A DNA stretch of 64,000 nucleotides from Gemmatimonadota bacterium (lineage in GTDB: Bacteria > Latescibacterota > UBA2968 > GCA-2709665), in NCBI GenBank assembly GCA_028873695.1, contig JAPPNU010000002.1, positions 13,728 through 77,727 on the forward strand, read 5' to 3'. Made by a program: the position numbers and the translations under genes. The notes under the pieces were generated by a model. That model had not been told where the DNA came from and made no database searches. It worked only from the letters and a program-made list of their open reading frames with translations. Position 1 is the first letter of the stretch; every line of letters starts with the position of its first letter. Positions 36,261-45,929 of the stretch are shown here, piece after piece.

Positions 36261-38990
36261 TTAATTCCCGACTCCGGGCTCGCCGGTTTCGGGAACCGCG
36301 TCCTCCTGATGTTCGGGGAGCGCGAACACGATGCGCTGGCTCATCCAAACGGGGACGGGCTTGCCACCGATCTCGGCAGGTTTGAACCGGAATTGACTAA
36401 CTGCATCAATCGCCGGTTGGCGGAATACCTCATCGCCCTTCAACACCTTTGCGTCGCTGACGGATCCGTCTAAATTGATCTTGAATTTCAGGAAGACGTT
36501 GCCTGTCAACCCTGCCTTTTTTGCGTGATCCGGATATACCGGCCGTACGGTACTCAAGTTCACGTTGACAGGTTTCACGTCGACGTCCCAGAACTCGAAG
36601 ACCTTGTCATTGCCAATTTCGCTTCTGTCGGTAGACGCTTCGTCCTGGTGTTCTGAGGGCGCGAACGCAAAATGGTGTGTCATCCGCACTGCGACGGCCT
36701 CGCCATCGTGTTCAGCTGGTCTGTAAAGGAACTGTTTAACCGCAACGATCGCAGGTTTACGAAATATCTCACCGCCCTTCAGGACAAATGCGTCTACGTC
36801 GCTCACGGTACCATCCACGTTGACCTTGAACTTCAAGGCCACGTCTCCCGCCAGGCCTGCTTCTTTCGCGATGTCGGGGTAAACCGGTTGAACTGAATGA
36901 ATGACGACGGGCTTTGCGTCTACCGACCGCAACTCAAACACATTCTCGCTGGCGGCGTCGCCTGCGCCGGGAGACGAAGTGGACATCGGTTTGGGCGGGC
37001 TGAAACTGATCCGGTGCGTCATCCACACTGGCACAGGCTTGCCATCACGTTCCCCTGGTTGGAACCTGAATTGTGAAATGGCATCAATGGCAGATTTTAC
37101 AAATACCGATCGACCATTGCCGACACGTACGTCGGTCACTGATCCATCCACGTTGACTTTGAACTTCAAGCTCACAACTCCCTTGTCCCCCCCGGTAAAT
37201 CGTGCCCATTCGGGATAGACCGGTGGAACGGAATGTATGACGATTGGCTTTACGTCTACCGACGAAATATCAAACACCTTCTCACCGTCGGCATCGCTTG
37301 AGTCAGGAGGCGGCATGGCCTTTGGTTTGGGTCGCCCAAACCTGATCACGTGCGTCATCCACACGGGGACAGGCTCGCCGTCCTGCTGGGCAGGTGCGAA
37401 CCGAAATTTGGAAATGGCAATGATCGCGTCTTCGTGAAATACCGCCTTGCCTTTCACGACTTTGATGTGGCTTGTCGTTCCATCTACGTTTACGACAAAT
37501 CTCAAGAACACGTTTCCGACTTCACCCGCTTTTCGCGCCCTTTCGGGATAAACTGATTCAACATGATTTTTTAGTACCGGTTTGACGTCGACCGACCAGA
37601 ATTCCAAGACGTTGTCTGGTTCAGAAGAGAAGCGAACGGGTGTTGACAAGGATACCGGCACGACTCTTCCCTCGTGTACCGCCGGCCTGAAACGCCACTG
37701 TAGTACAGCATCCGAAGCGGCTTTGTGAAATATCTCAGGTCCTTTCAGGACGGCCACCTCGCTGACCGAACCGTCGACATTGACGATAATCTTCAGGAGC
37801 AAATCACCTTCTATTTTGCCACTACGTGCTTCTTCAGGGTATTCGGGTCCGATAATCTTAAGGGGATGTGGTTTCTCGTCGACCTCCTCTATGTCGTATA
37901 CGACGGAGACAACCTCGTTACTGTCAACATGACCAGATGCAGACTCGGCGGTTTGGGGTTTTGCAGGACTCGCGGTCTCGTCGAGTACGGCCGAATTTGA
38001 CGACTGAGGTCCACGTTCATCCTGCGTATATGCCTCTCGGATCGAGAACGGCACGATCGCCAGTCCGACGAGAACGAGCGCAGCCAACTTCCGTTTCGAA
38101 CGCTTCATATCAACCTCCTTGAAATTGAGGACGTGCTCGAGTCGTTTCCTCAACGTCGTTCCCCGGTCCGAGAAAAACACGGTCAGCGCGCGGGGCGCCA
38201 ATCTCCTGTCGACAAATCCCAGCAGCAGACGTCCGTATTCGGCAGGTGTCAGCCTGGTTTCGCGTAAAACCGCTTCGTCGCAGCGCAGTTCCCGGATCAA
38301 CATCAGGCGGCGGTTCAACAGCCAGACCAGCGGGTTTACGCCAAAAAGAGCCGTTGCGATGGCTTGCAGAATGAGGACGTGAATGTCGCGTTTTTCAAAA
38401 TGCGCCAGTTCGTGCCTGACGACGCCTTGCAGCTCTTCGGGCGACCAGGAAGACCACTTCGAGGGCAAGATCAGGCGTGGCCGTGTCAGACCCACCAGTA
38501 CGGGAGATGGCAAGTCTGCCTTGGAATAGACATCCAGGTTGCGGGGCGCATTCAGTGAGGGAACTTCGCTTGCCAGATCCACCGGGTTTGCCGATCTCAG
38601 CGTACGTCGGAAGGCCGCGTTCTTCCACAGCGCCACCCCGGTCCAGACCGATACTGAGAGAATCCAGACGCAGAACAGATAGAACGCGAGCGGAAAGGGG
38701 TTCGCTGGTCCAGGCGAGACAGCGACAGCGTCGGATACCACTCCGGAATAGACGGCCGCCTCCACTGCGACACCCGGTGGAGAATCCAGAAACGAGGGTA
38801 TCGGAATGGCAAGAACCGGCGGTACAAACACCTTCGCCAGCGCAAGCAGATAAAGCGTGTATCGAAACCGCGTCTCAAGCGTCAGCCACCGGTCCAACAC
38901 CCACACCAGAACAATGAAAAGCGAGATCTCGACCATGTGTACCGCGTAGAGGGGCAGCCACGTTTCGGCCAGATTGATTAAGGCGTTCAT
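36261..38990 (-). CDS. BlaR1/MecR1-type M56 metallopeptidase fused to five TonB C-terminal domains
   Basis: TM helices, SP...G..RP.L.LP, HELAH, NPLVW, RELRCDE; five YP..A...G.V.L...VN.DG...F.PA...G..V.V repeats. Confidence 0.92.
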   Translation of the reverse strand: MNALINLAETWLPLYAVHMVEISLFIVLVWVLDRWLTLETRFRYTLYLLALAKVFVPPVLAIPIPSFLDSPPGVAVEAAVYSGVVSDAVAVSPGPANPFPLAFYLFCVWILSVSVWTGVALWKNAAFRRTLRSANPVDLASEVPSLNAPRNLDVYSKADLPSPVLVGLTRPRLILPSKWSSWSPEELQGVVRHELAHFEKRDIHVLILQAIATALFGVNPLVWLLNRRLMLIRELRCDEAVLRETRLTPAEYGRLLLGFVDRRLAPRALTVFFSDRGTTLRKRLEHVLNFKEVDMKRSKRKLAALVLVGLAIVPFSIREAYTQDERGPQSSNSAVLDETASPAKPQTAESASGHVDSNEVVSVVYDIEEVDEKPHPLKIIGPEYPEEARSGKIEGDLLLKIIVNVDGSVSEVAVLKGPEIFHKAASDAVLQWRFRPAVHEGRVVPVSLSTPVRFSSEPDNVLEFWSVDVKPVLKNHVESVYPERARKAGEVGNVFLRFVVNVDGTTSHIKVVKGKAVFHEDAIIAISKFRFAPAQQDGEPVPVWMTHVIRFGRPKPKAMPPPDSSDADGEKVFDISSVDVKPIVIHSVPPVYPEWARFTGGDKGVVSLKFKVNVDGSVTDVRVGNGRSVFVKSAIDAISQFRFQPGERDGKPVPVWMTHRISFSPPKPMSTSSPGAGDAASENVFELRSVDAKPVVIHSVQPVYPDIAKEAGLAGDVALKFKVNVDGTVSDVDAFVLKGGEIFRKPAIVAVKQFLYRPAEHDGEAVAVRMTHHFAFAPSEHQDEASTDRSEIGNDKVFEFWDVDVKPVNVNLSTVRPVYPDHAKKAGLTGNVFLKFKINLDGSVSDAKVLKGDEVFRQPAIDAVSQFRFKPAEIGGKPVPVWMSQRIVFALPEHQEDAVPETGEPGVGN

Positions 38991-39385
38991 TCCGGACCTC
39001 CTTCCTTCGTTTTCTCCCGTTCCTCGATCAATGCGCGCAATTCATCCAGTTCTTGCTTCGAAAGCTCGCCCGAATCCACGAGATATGTCGCCAGGGCGCC
39101 AAAGGAGCCCTCGAACATCCGCGACACCAGGGTTCGCGTTTCAGCCTTTGCGACGTCTTCCCTCGACACCGCCGGGTTGTACACATTGACCGGGCCGATC
39201 TTTTCCCGATCCAGCACGCCTTTTTCGGACAGGATATTCATGATCGTCTGCACGGTCGTGTATGCCTTCTCGCCGTTGGGATAGAGGCGATTTACAACGT
39301 CCCGAACGGTGACCTGACGTTCGAACTGCCAGACGCCGTCCATCACCTCCCACTCGACCTCGGCCAGCCTGCGTTTTTTGGCCAT
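38987..39385 (-). CDS. BlaI/MecI/CopY family repressor
   Basis: EWEVM..VW, AYTTVQTIM..L..KG, FEGS; ATGA overlap with the M56 gene. Confidence 0.95.
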   Translation of the reverse strand: MAKKRRLAEVEWEVMDGVWQFERQVTVRDVVNRLYPNGEKAYTTVQTIMNILSEKGVLDREKIGPVNVYNPAVSREDVAKAETRTLVSRMFEGSFGALATYLVDSGELSKQELDELRALIEEREKTKEGGPE

Positions 39386-39466
39386 AAAAATTTCCTTTCG
39401 TCTTTGCCGCATTTCCAGTCGTCAAACGCGATTGTGCGTTCTGTTCCGCGGTTGGTTGTCGACCGG

Positions 39467-39492
39467 CGGGCGCCCACAAGGGACGCCCCTAC
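39467..39492 (-). repeat. GTAG-type REP
   Basis: Minus strand reads GTAG-GGGCGTCC-CTTGT-GGGCGCCC-G. Confidence 0.7.
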
Positions 39493-39570
39493 GTGCTACG
39501 AGTCCTGTCCGATACCGCAATGCCCGGTGGAGGGGGTTTCCACTTCCGTCCATTGAACTTTTCGATGTCG

Positions 39571-39590
39571 ATTACTAAGTATTTAGTAAT
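39571..39590. promoter_or_regulatory. Putative BlaI-family operator
   Basis: Perfect dyad ATTACTAA-GTAT-TTAGTAAT overlapping the -10/TSS of the blaI promoter. Confidence 0.75.
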
Positions 39591-39616
39591 ATGACGAATT
39601 AATTAGGAAATGTCAA
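39588..39616 (-). promoter_or_regulatory. Sigma70 promoter of the blaI-M56 operon
   Basis: Minus strand TTGACA-17 nt-CATATT. Confidence 0.65.
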
Positions 39617-39649
39617 GGGGTGATGATGGTTTTTTTGTTTTTGCAATCG

Positions 39650-39674
39650 CATTTATTGCTTGAAGCAATAAATG
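39650..39674. promoter_or_regulatory. Perfect AT-rich palindrome, possible regulator site
   Basis: CATTTATTGCTT-G-AAGCAATAAATG. Confidence 0.5.
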
Positions 39675-39722
39675 GCTGACATCTATTGTGCCCGTTTATC
39701 GGCACCCCATCTCCTTCGCCGA

Positions 39723-39776
39723 CCTTTCGACAACCCTTCGGCAGGCTCAGGACAACGGCTAAGGGAGCGGCTCAGG
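39723..39776 (+). repeat. Nested CCCTTCGACAGGCTCAGG-type REP-like repeat
   Basis: CCTTTCGACA-A-CCCTTCGGCAGGCTCAGG...GGCTCAGG. Confidence 0.5.
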
Positions 39777-40102
39777 ATGCCGGGGCAATTTAGCGGAAAA
39801 AGGGTAAACTATCGGGTGGTACCCGTAATAGGTACAATGCGACGATTCGTCGTCAGCAAATCGACTCGAGGTGGCGTGGATTCCGCTATATGGATCCTGA
39901 AAGCAGTACTATTCACAATATCCGCCGCACGATGTGAATCGCGTCAAAGGTGTGTCTGGACTTCGATTTGCGGCCGTCGTATATTTCGTCTTCCGCCGCC
40001 GATCGCGGGTCGGTGTGACGTTGGCGTTTGTCGTCGGGCGGACGTGCGTTTGGCGTTTTGGGACGGGACGTGATCTTTCCGCCCGCTGCCGGAGTACCTG
40101 GA

Positions 40103-43100
40103 ATGTCGAATAAGGATCTCACAAGACGGGAGTTTCTGCGAGGCGCCGGAATGGGAACGATGGTTCTGGCAGCGGGATGCGATCCGGCTATATGGAGGAG
40201 CGATATGGGGATCGAACGTATCGACTGTTCGAGAGAATCGCGGTACTGGGAAGGTGAACGGCCGTTTCCCAGAGGCGTGGCGCACCCGCTGTTCTATACC
40301 CGGGAGCAGATCGAGCGCGCCCGGCGGCGAGTGGAATCGTACGGCTGGGCGAAGCAGTTCCGGGATGCGCGCCTACGTTGGATTGCCCGCCGGGGGATTC
40401 TGGAGATGCCGGACGACGTGATACGCGCGGGTATTTCCGAGCAGGTCAACTTTCCGCTTCCTCGCTGTCCCGTGGACCGCCGCAAGCGAAGCTGGCGGAT
40501 CCATTTCTGGCAGTGGACTCCCGAGGATCCGGGCCAGGTCAAATGCAAAATCTGCGGAAATGTGTTCCCGGGACCGGAGCATCAGCCCGTGGGAGAGGTC
40601 GAAGTGGTCGGACCCGCCGGCGGTACGGTCCGGTACCGGTATTGGGAGGATGAAGAGGGGATGCGGTATTTTTTCGAAAATATGCTGCTGAACTACACCC
40701 AGTACCAGATGGTCCGAATGGCGGATCCCCTGGCGATGGCTTACGTCTTTACGGAAGAGGCAGCGTACGCGGAAAAGGCCGCTGTGATTCTGGATCGGCT
40801 GTCACAAGTCTACAAGAACTACCCGGTACACGGTTTGGGCCGGTCGTATCTTCACGCCGACCGAAAGGGTTTTTACGAGAACCACTTCTACAAGGATCCG
40901 CCGTTCCCATTTGTTTCCGCTCGCATGGGGAATTTCCACGCCAGCCCCTTTTCAGACGCGAGCAACGCGTTCCGACTCGCCCAGGTTTACGACCTGATTG
41001 CCGACAGCGGCGCGATCGAGAAACGCTCCGAGGCCGAGGGCCGGGACGTGCGCGCGGCAATCGAGCGGGACCTGCTGTACGAGGCGATTCGGCATACGCT
41101 GGAGGTCCCCCATGGTTCCACGAATTACGACGGTGGGAGGATCAACGGGCTGGCCCTCGTCGGGCGAGTCCTGGACGAGGCGGATTTCGTGGCGGAAGCG
41201 TATGGGCTGTATCGGACGTTGATCGATAACTGTTACAATTACGACGGGTACTGGCACGAGGATACGGTGAATTATTTCAATATGATCACCAGCGGAACGC
41301 TGCGCGTGCCTGACGTCATCAGTGGGCCGGGCGGCATCGACGTCTATGGAGAGATGCCGTTTCTGCAGCGGATCTTTACGGCGCCGATGGGTTTGTTTAT
41401 GCCGGACGGACGCACGTTCATGGCCAACGATACGTGGGGGATCAGTACGGGTTTCGCCCGCGTTTCGAGCCGGATTGCATCGATGGGCAAATTCGTGGAG
41501 GCGGCGGATGAAATCAGGGGTACCTCGCGGATTCCGGTGGCCGACGTGGAATATGCGCTGTTTCGACGGACTTCGGAAGCCGACAGGCGCGTCACGGAGG
41601 AGGACCTGCTGGCGCTGGTGCCATCGAACTATCTGCTGCCGGGTGCGGGCGATGTCATCCTGGGAGTCGGGAGGACATCAAAAGCCATTCGGGCGACGTT
41701 GTGTTACGGTCCCTGGGGCGGGCACCACCATTACGATACGCTCGCGATGGGCATGGACGTCTTCGGTCAGGAATTGCTCTCGGACATTGGATATACCCAT
41801 ACCCGTTACCGGGAGTGGGCGACGACGGTTGGCAGCCACAATACCGTGGTCGTCGACGGGCAGGAGCAGACACGGGACAGCGGGCGGCTGCGATGCTATC
41901 GTCCGGCGTCTCCCACGCGGACGGGGATCGTCTGTGCGGAGGCCCCGGGCGCGTTCGAGAATACGGAAGTCTATCGCCGGACGATGATGCTGGTTCCAAC
42001 GGGGCCCGAGAGCGGGTACGTGGTGGACATGTTCGAGGTGAAGGGCGGGAACGTGCACGACTATCTGCTGCACGGATCGGCCGATTTCGATCAGACGCTC
42101 TCGGCGGCGCCCGACCTGAGCCCGGCGGAAGGCGAGATGATATTGAGCGGCGACGGGACCCGCGGCGCGCTTTACGGATATTTTCATCGTACGCGGGGGA
42201 CGAACGTATCCGAAGACTTCAAGGTCCGGTTCGAAGGAGAGGGCACGTTCGTTGATGTCAGGTTCGCCGGCGTCCAGGCGGGTCGATTGCTGGTCAGCGA
42301 GGCGCCGTCCATCCGACGGACGCGGGAGGATGACGGCAAGCTGGACGAATTCTGGCTTCGTACGGTCTGTCTACGGCACAGAAACGATTCCAGTCTGTTC
42401 GTATCCGTCATAGAGGCGCATACCGGTACAGGCGTTGTCAAAGATGCAAGGGTGGTGGCGCGGGACGGGTCCGGGGTGGTGCTGCGGGTGGAGGAAACCG
42501 GCAGGGTCCGGACCATTGCGATGGATCCCGAAGGCGCGGGCCTGGTCGCGAGCCTGCCGGATGGAAGGCGCCTCGAACTCAGGGGGCGGGCGGGCGTGAT
42601 GAGCGAGTCCTCGTCGGACGTCGACCTCGACGTGATAGACGGGTCGGCATTACGCGTGGGCGAAGCGGAGGTTCATCGGACTCGCGACTACGTTGGGACG
42701 GTAACCGGGCTGGCTGGGGATATCTCAGGGGAACCGGGGCGCAGCGAACTCGTGCTTGACGTTGCATTGCCGGAAGATGGATCGCTGGACGGCAAGGTGG
42801 TCTACGTCCGGCATCCATCGGGACTGGAAACGGTATACATGGCGAAGCGAATCGTACGCGAGGCCGGCCGCAGCCGCGTCTTCCTCGCCGGTATGCCCCG
42901 TTTTGTCAGGGGCAGGGGCGAGGTGACGTCCGGAAAGCGATCCAGGTTCGACAGCAAGGTCGATCACCCGAAAGAAGGGGCGTATCCGGGATGCCGGCTA
43001 CGGATCGGGGACCGGGTGTTCACGATTCGTAGAGTGCGACGTCGCAAGGCTTTTTTCGTAGAGGAAACGTTTGATTTTTCGAAGGTTATCGGCGCGACAT

Positions 43101-43150
43101 TCGAAGTGTATTCAACGGCCGTTGGCGATACCGTCAGAATTGTGGCGTAG
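40103..43150 (+). CDS. Tat-exported (lipo)protein, heparinase II/III family
   Basis: TRREFL Tat motif and LAAGC lipobox; CPVD..CKIC; DGYWHE, GHHHYD, DIGY, SHNTVVVDG, DMFEVKGG. Confidence 0.85.
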   Translation: MSNKDLTRREFLRGAGMGTMVLAAGCDPAIWRSDMGIERIDCSRESRYWEGERPFPRGVAHPLFYTREQIERARRRVESYGWAKQFRDARLRWIARRGILEMPDDVIRAGISEQVNFPLPRCPVDRRKRSWRIHFWQWTPEDPGQVKCKICGNVFPGPEHQPVGEVEVVGPAGGTVRYRYWEDEEGMRYFFENMLLNYTQYQMVRMADPLAMAYVFTEEAAYAEKAAVILDRLSQVYKNYPVHGLGRSYLHADRKGFYENHFYKDPPFPFVSARMGNFHASPFSDASNAFRLAQVYDLIADSGAIEKRSEAEGRDVRAAIERDLLYEAIRHTLEVPHGSTNYDGGRINGLALVGRVLDEADFVAEAYGLYRTLIDNCYNYDGYWHEDTVNYFNMITSGTLRVPDVISGPGGIDVYGEMPFLQRIFTAPMGLFMPDGRTFMANDTWGISTGFARVSSRIASMGKFVEAADEIRGTSRIPVADVEYALFRRTSEADRRVTEEDLLALVPSNYLLPGAGDVILGVGRTSKAIRATLCYGPWGGHHHYDTLAMGMDVFGQELLSDIGYTHTRYREWATTVGSHNTVVVDGQEQTRDSGRLRCYRPASPTRTGIVCAEAPGAFENTEVYRRTMMLVPTGPESGYVVDMFEVKGGNVHDYLLHGSADFDQTLSAAPDLSPAEGEMILSGDGTRGALYGYFHRTRGTNVSEDFKVRFEGEGTFVDVRFAGVQAGRLLVSEAPSIRRTREDDGKLDEFWLRTVCLRHRNDSSLFVSVIEAHTGTGVVKDARVVARDGSGVVLRVEETGRVRTIAMDPEGAGLVASLPDGRRLELRGRAGVMSESSSDVDLDVIDGSALRVGEAEVHRTRDYVGTVTGLAGDISGEPGRSELVLDVALPEDGSLDGKVVYVRHPSGLETVYMAKRIVREAGRSRVFLAGMPRFVRGRGEVTSGKRSRFDSKVDHPKEGAYPGCRLRIGDRVFTIRRVRRRKAFFVEETFDFSKVIGATFEVYSTAVGDTVRIVA

Positions 43151-43293
43151 CCACTGTTTTCGCGCGAATATTCGAAGACCATTCCGGCGAATGTGGGTCC
43201 TGTGGGTCCATCTGCCGCGCGTGGTGTGCGCCTCGCCGGGTTTGAAATGATCCTCTTGGCGGGTCCGGACCCTGACAGTGACCAAATGGCGAA

Positions 43294-44025
43294 TCAGCTT
43301 CCCTCTTCCTCTTCGGCGTAGGCATGCCCGCCCATGATTGCCCGGACTTCGACGGCTGAAGAGGCTCTCAGCAGGGCGCCCATACGCTCCTCCTCTTCCT
43401 TCTGCAGGGCACTCACGTTGTTGAGCACGGGCTCCAGTTTGTCGGCGGGAAACTTGCAGGCGCCGTTCTCGTCCATATGGATGATTTCGCCCGGCGCCAC
43501 GTCCATGCCGCCTACGGAAACCGGCACATTCACCGCGTGAACGGCCATGCCTCCGTGCCCTGCCGTGACCCCGCTGAGCATGTACTGAAATTTCATGGGT
43601 CGGATCTCGTCAATGTCCCTGGACGGCCCGTTGGAGATGGCGCCCACGCACCCGACGGCCTTCATCGCAGAGGTCATGTTTCCACCCGCCAGCCCGACCT
43701 TTGCCGCGAGTTCAGGCGGGAATTTCTGCTGGAAGACGAGGACGCTGGGTTTCGGTGAAGCGTCCAGCGCGTCGATCACGTCCATAAATGACAGAGAGTT
43801 GTAATCCGGATCGGGCAGTCCGAAGACGCACGTCACCGCGTAACCCACCGTGCGGCCCAGTTCGGGATACATGCAACGGATGGATTGGTCCGTGTACCAG
43901 TTTTCCGTCCAGGGATTGTAGAGACTCAGGCAGAGCGGGTTGCCCGGATACGTGGCCACGACGTTCGTGATCGAGGGGGTGTCGAAGTTCTTCAGTTCGT
44001 CCAGCATCTCCTGAGCGGTCGTCAT
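43294..44025 (-). CDS. RraA/HMG-aldolase family protein
   Basis: DTPSITN, GYAVT, GGNM, GAISNGPSRD, VGGMDVAPGEIIHMDENG. Confidence 0.88.
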   Translation of the reverse strand: MTTAQEMLDELKNFDTPSITNVVATYPGNPLCLSLYNPWTENWYTDQSIRCMYPELGRTVGYAVTCVFGLPDPDYNSLSFMDVIDALDASPKPSVLVFQQKFPPELAAKVGLAGGNMTSAMKAVGCVGAISNGPSRDIDEIRPMKFQYMLSGVTAGHGGMAVHAVNVPVSVGGMDVAPGEIIHMDENGACKFPADKLEPVLNNVSALQKEEEERMGALLRASSAVEVRAIMGGHAYAEEEEGS

Positions 44026-44103
44026 TTGCTCCTCCTTCGGCCTTGAACGGGATTGAAATAAGCGCGTCAACCCCTGTAGTTTCGCCTGTTACGCGGGCTC
44101 GGC

Positions 44104-44925
44104 TTAATCCTGCGGTTCTCGAGGCAGGAGTTGCTGCGGCTGTACGATCCGGCGCCGTTGCGGCGTCAACCTCTGCAGGAGTTCGGGTGACGGTTGGTAG
44201 CCGTGACGGAAGTTGCCCCACGAAGGCCCGTACCGGTAGACAACCACGCGTCGGGTACCCGGGTTGGACCGCCGGGCGGACCCATGTGAGATACCGTCTA
44301 CGAACAGGAGCGCATCCCCGGCCGCCATATGAATTTCGATGGCGCCCTCGATGCCTTCGACGGTTGCATTTCGGGACATCCGGTGTCTGTCGAAGTGCGG
44401 GTGTTTGAAGTTGGATTTGTGGCTTCCGGGTATGACCATTGTGCCTCCGTCGCCGGGACCGACGTCGGTCAGTGCCATAAGGATGTTGATCTGGCCGCAC
44501 ATGAAGCGCCCGCCATGGTAGCGAAACTGGTTCCTCAGTATGGGCGGAAATCCACCGGAATGCAGCCCGATGGCTTCGCCGGGCTCGCGAAAATTGGCGA
44601 AATTCTCGTCGATGAACAGGGGACCGTGGTGGTAGTCGAAACTGCCCTCGCCTCCCACAAAGTGCTTCACCCTTTCGAACCAGGAAGGATGATCGATCAG
44701 GTTCTCGAAGGGCCGCCCGGCTTCATAGATCTGCTGGAGGTTCAGTCCGGAGGTGTCGTCGCCGTACGTGTGGGCATGAATGCGGCCGTGCCATTCCCCG
44801 GGCGCGAGTGGGGGGATCTCATCCAGGCAGGCATTGAGTTCGCCGACTTCTTCGCTGGAGAGCGCGTTTTCGAGATGTAGATAACCGCGAAGGTCGAACA
44901 GGTACGTTTCCAGGTCGGTATCCAT
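44104..44925 (-). CDS. PhyH-like Fe(II)/2OG enzyme (HSG variant)
   Basis: YLFDLRGYL, LHSGG, DGGTMVIPGSHK, LFVDGISHG, RRVVVYRY. Confidence 0.88.
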   Translation of the reverse strand: MDTDLETYLFDLRGYLHLENALSSEEVGELNACLDEIPPLAPGEWHGRIHAHTYGDDTSGLNLQQIYEAGRPFENLIDHPSWFERVKHFVGGEGSFDYHHGPLFIDENFANFREPGEAIGLHSGGFPPILRNQFRYHGGRFMCGQINILMALTDVGPGDGGTMVIPGSHKSNFKHPHFDRHRMSRNATVEGIEGAIEIHMAAGDALLFVDGISHGSARRSNPGTRRVVVYRYGPSWGNFRHGYQPSPELLQRLTPQRRRIVQPQQLLPREPQD

Positions 44926-45022
44926 GGGTGTCCCTATGGAGTGTATTGATACCCGGCGAGGGAACGCCGTCGCTGGTCGATCGGATCAGACTTGGCGCGC
45001 CGTGAGGACGATAGGGCTTCCT

Positions 45023-45886
45023 TCAGCGTTCGATGCGGACGTTTCCACTGTCATCCACGGCAAGGAACGGAACTTCGCCGCGGTGGTTGGAGTAGGGCCC
45101 GAACATGACCGCGCGCTGCTCATCGGTCATTTCCGCCACGACGTCTTCGCCCCAGTAGATTTCAGGGGACGCCAGGTCCTGTGCGGGACCGCCCCTAACG
45201 CATGACCTCGCGGCGTACTTGAAGAGGATGGAGCGGCGGGGACGTTGGCTCTGCCACGGGCGAGTCCCATGGGTCTGCGCGCCGTCCATGAAGAAGAGGA
45301 CGTCTCCGGCCCCAAGGGCCGGCTGAACGACGGTACCCATATCGTCGTCACAGGTACGCACGCCCGGGGGCATCTGATATCCCGATTTGTGGCTTCCCGG
45401 AACGCAGACGAAGCCGCCGTCACCGGGATTCACGTCGGCGAGTTGCCAGCTCACCGTGACACCCCCGCAGTAGGATTGACCGTTCTGATGGTTGTAGGCG
45501 ACCTGGGGCCTGTGCGGTTCGCCCGAACCGTGCATGGTAAGGCCCTCGGTGCCTTTCACGCCGGCAATCAGCAGCGGACCGTGATCCAGGCGAAAACCGC
45601 TGCCGCACATCGCGTTCAGACGGGAAACGACGGCGGGGTGGACCAGCATCCGCCGGAACGGCTCGCAATGCGGGCGTTCCATTTCGAGCAGACCGTGCAT
45701 GGTTGGACGGCCGGTTCCCCTCAGCGAGTGCGAGTCGCCCGCTCCGAGATTGTCGTCGGCTATCCGCATCCGGTCCTGGTGCAGGTCGATGGCTTCGTTC
45801 GCGGCGAGGAGTTCCCCGGAAGCGAGTACCCGGCGGGCAACCAGGTAGCCGGTGAGATCCCACAGGTAGCGTTCCTCTGCGTTCAT
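45023..45886 (-). CDS. PhyH-like Fe(II)/2OG enzyme (HGS variant)
   Basis: YLWDLTGYL, MHGSG, DGGFVCVPGSHK, FFMDGAQTHG, RRSILFKY. Confidence 0.88.
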   Translation of the reverse strand: MNAEERYLWDLTGYLVARRVLASGELLAANEAIDLHQDRMRIADDNLGAGDSHSLRGTGRPTMHGLLEMERPHCEPFRRMLVHPAVVSRLNAMCGSGFRLDHGPLLIAGVKGTEGLTMHGSGEPHRPQVAYNHQNGQSYCGGVTVSWQLADVNPGDGGFVCVPGSHKSGYQMPPGVRTCDDDMGTVVQPALGAGDVLFFMDGAQTHGTRPWQSQRPRRSILFKYAARSCVRGGPAQDLASPEIYWGEDVVAEMTDEQRAVMFGPYSNHRGEVPFLAVDDSGNVRIER

Positions 45887-45929
45887 GGTTTTCTCCGGGC
45901 GCGTGTGTCTTGCCTTTGGTTGGGTTTGC

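Noticed and set aside
35759-36385. 208-aa plus-strand ORF
   Set aside because: It spans the REP doublet and the antisense of the M56-TonB gene end; likely spurious
36261-39385. Beta-lactam resistance locus
   Set aside because: There is no penicillin-binding sensor domain and no beta-lactamase or mecA gene nearby
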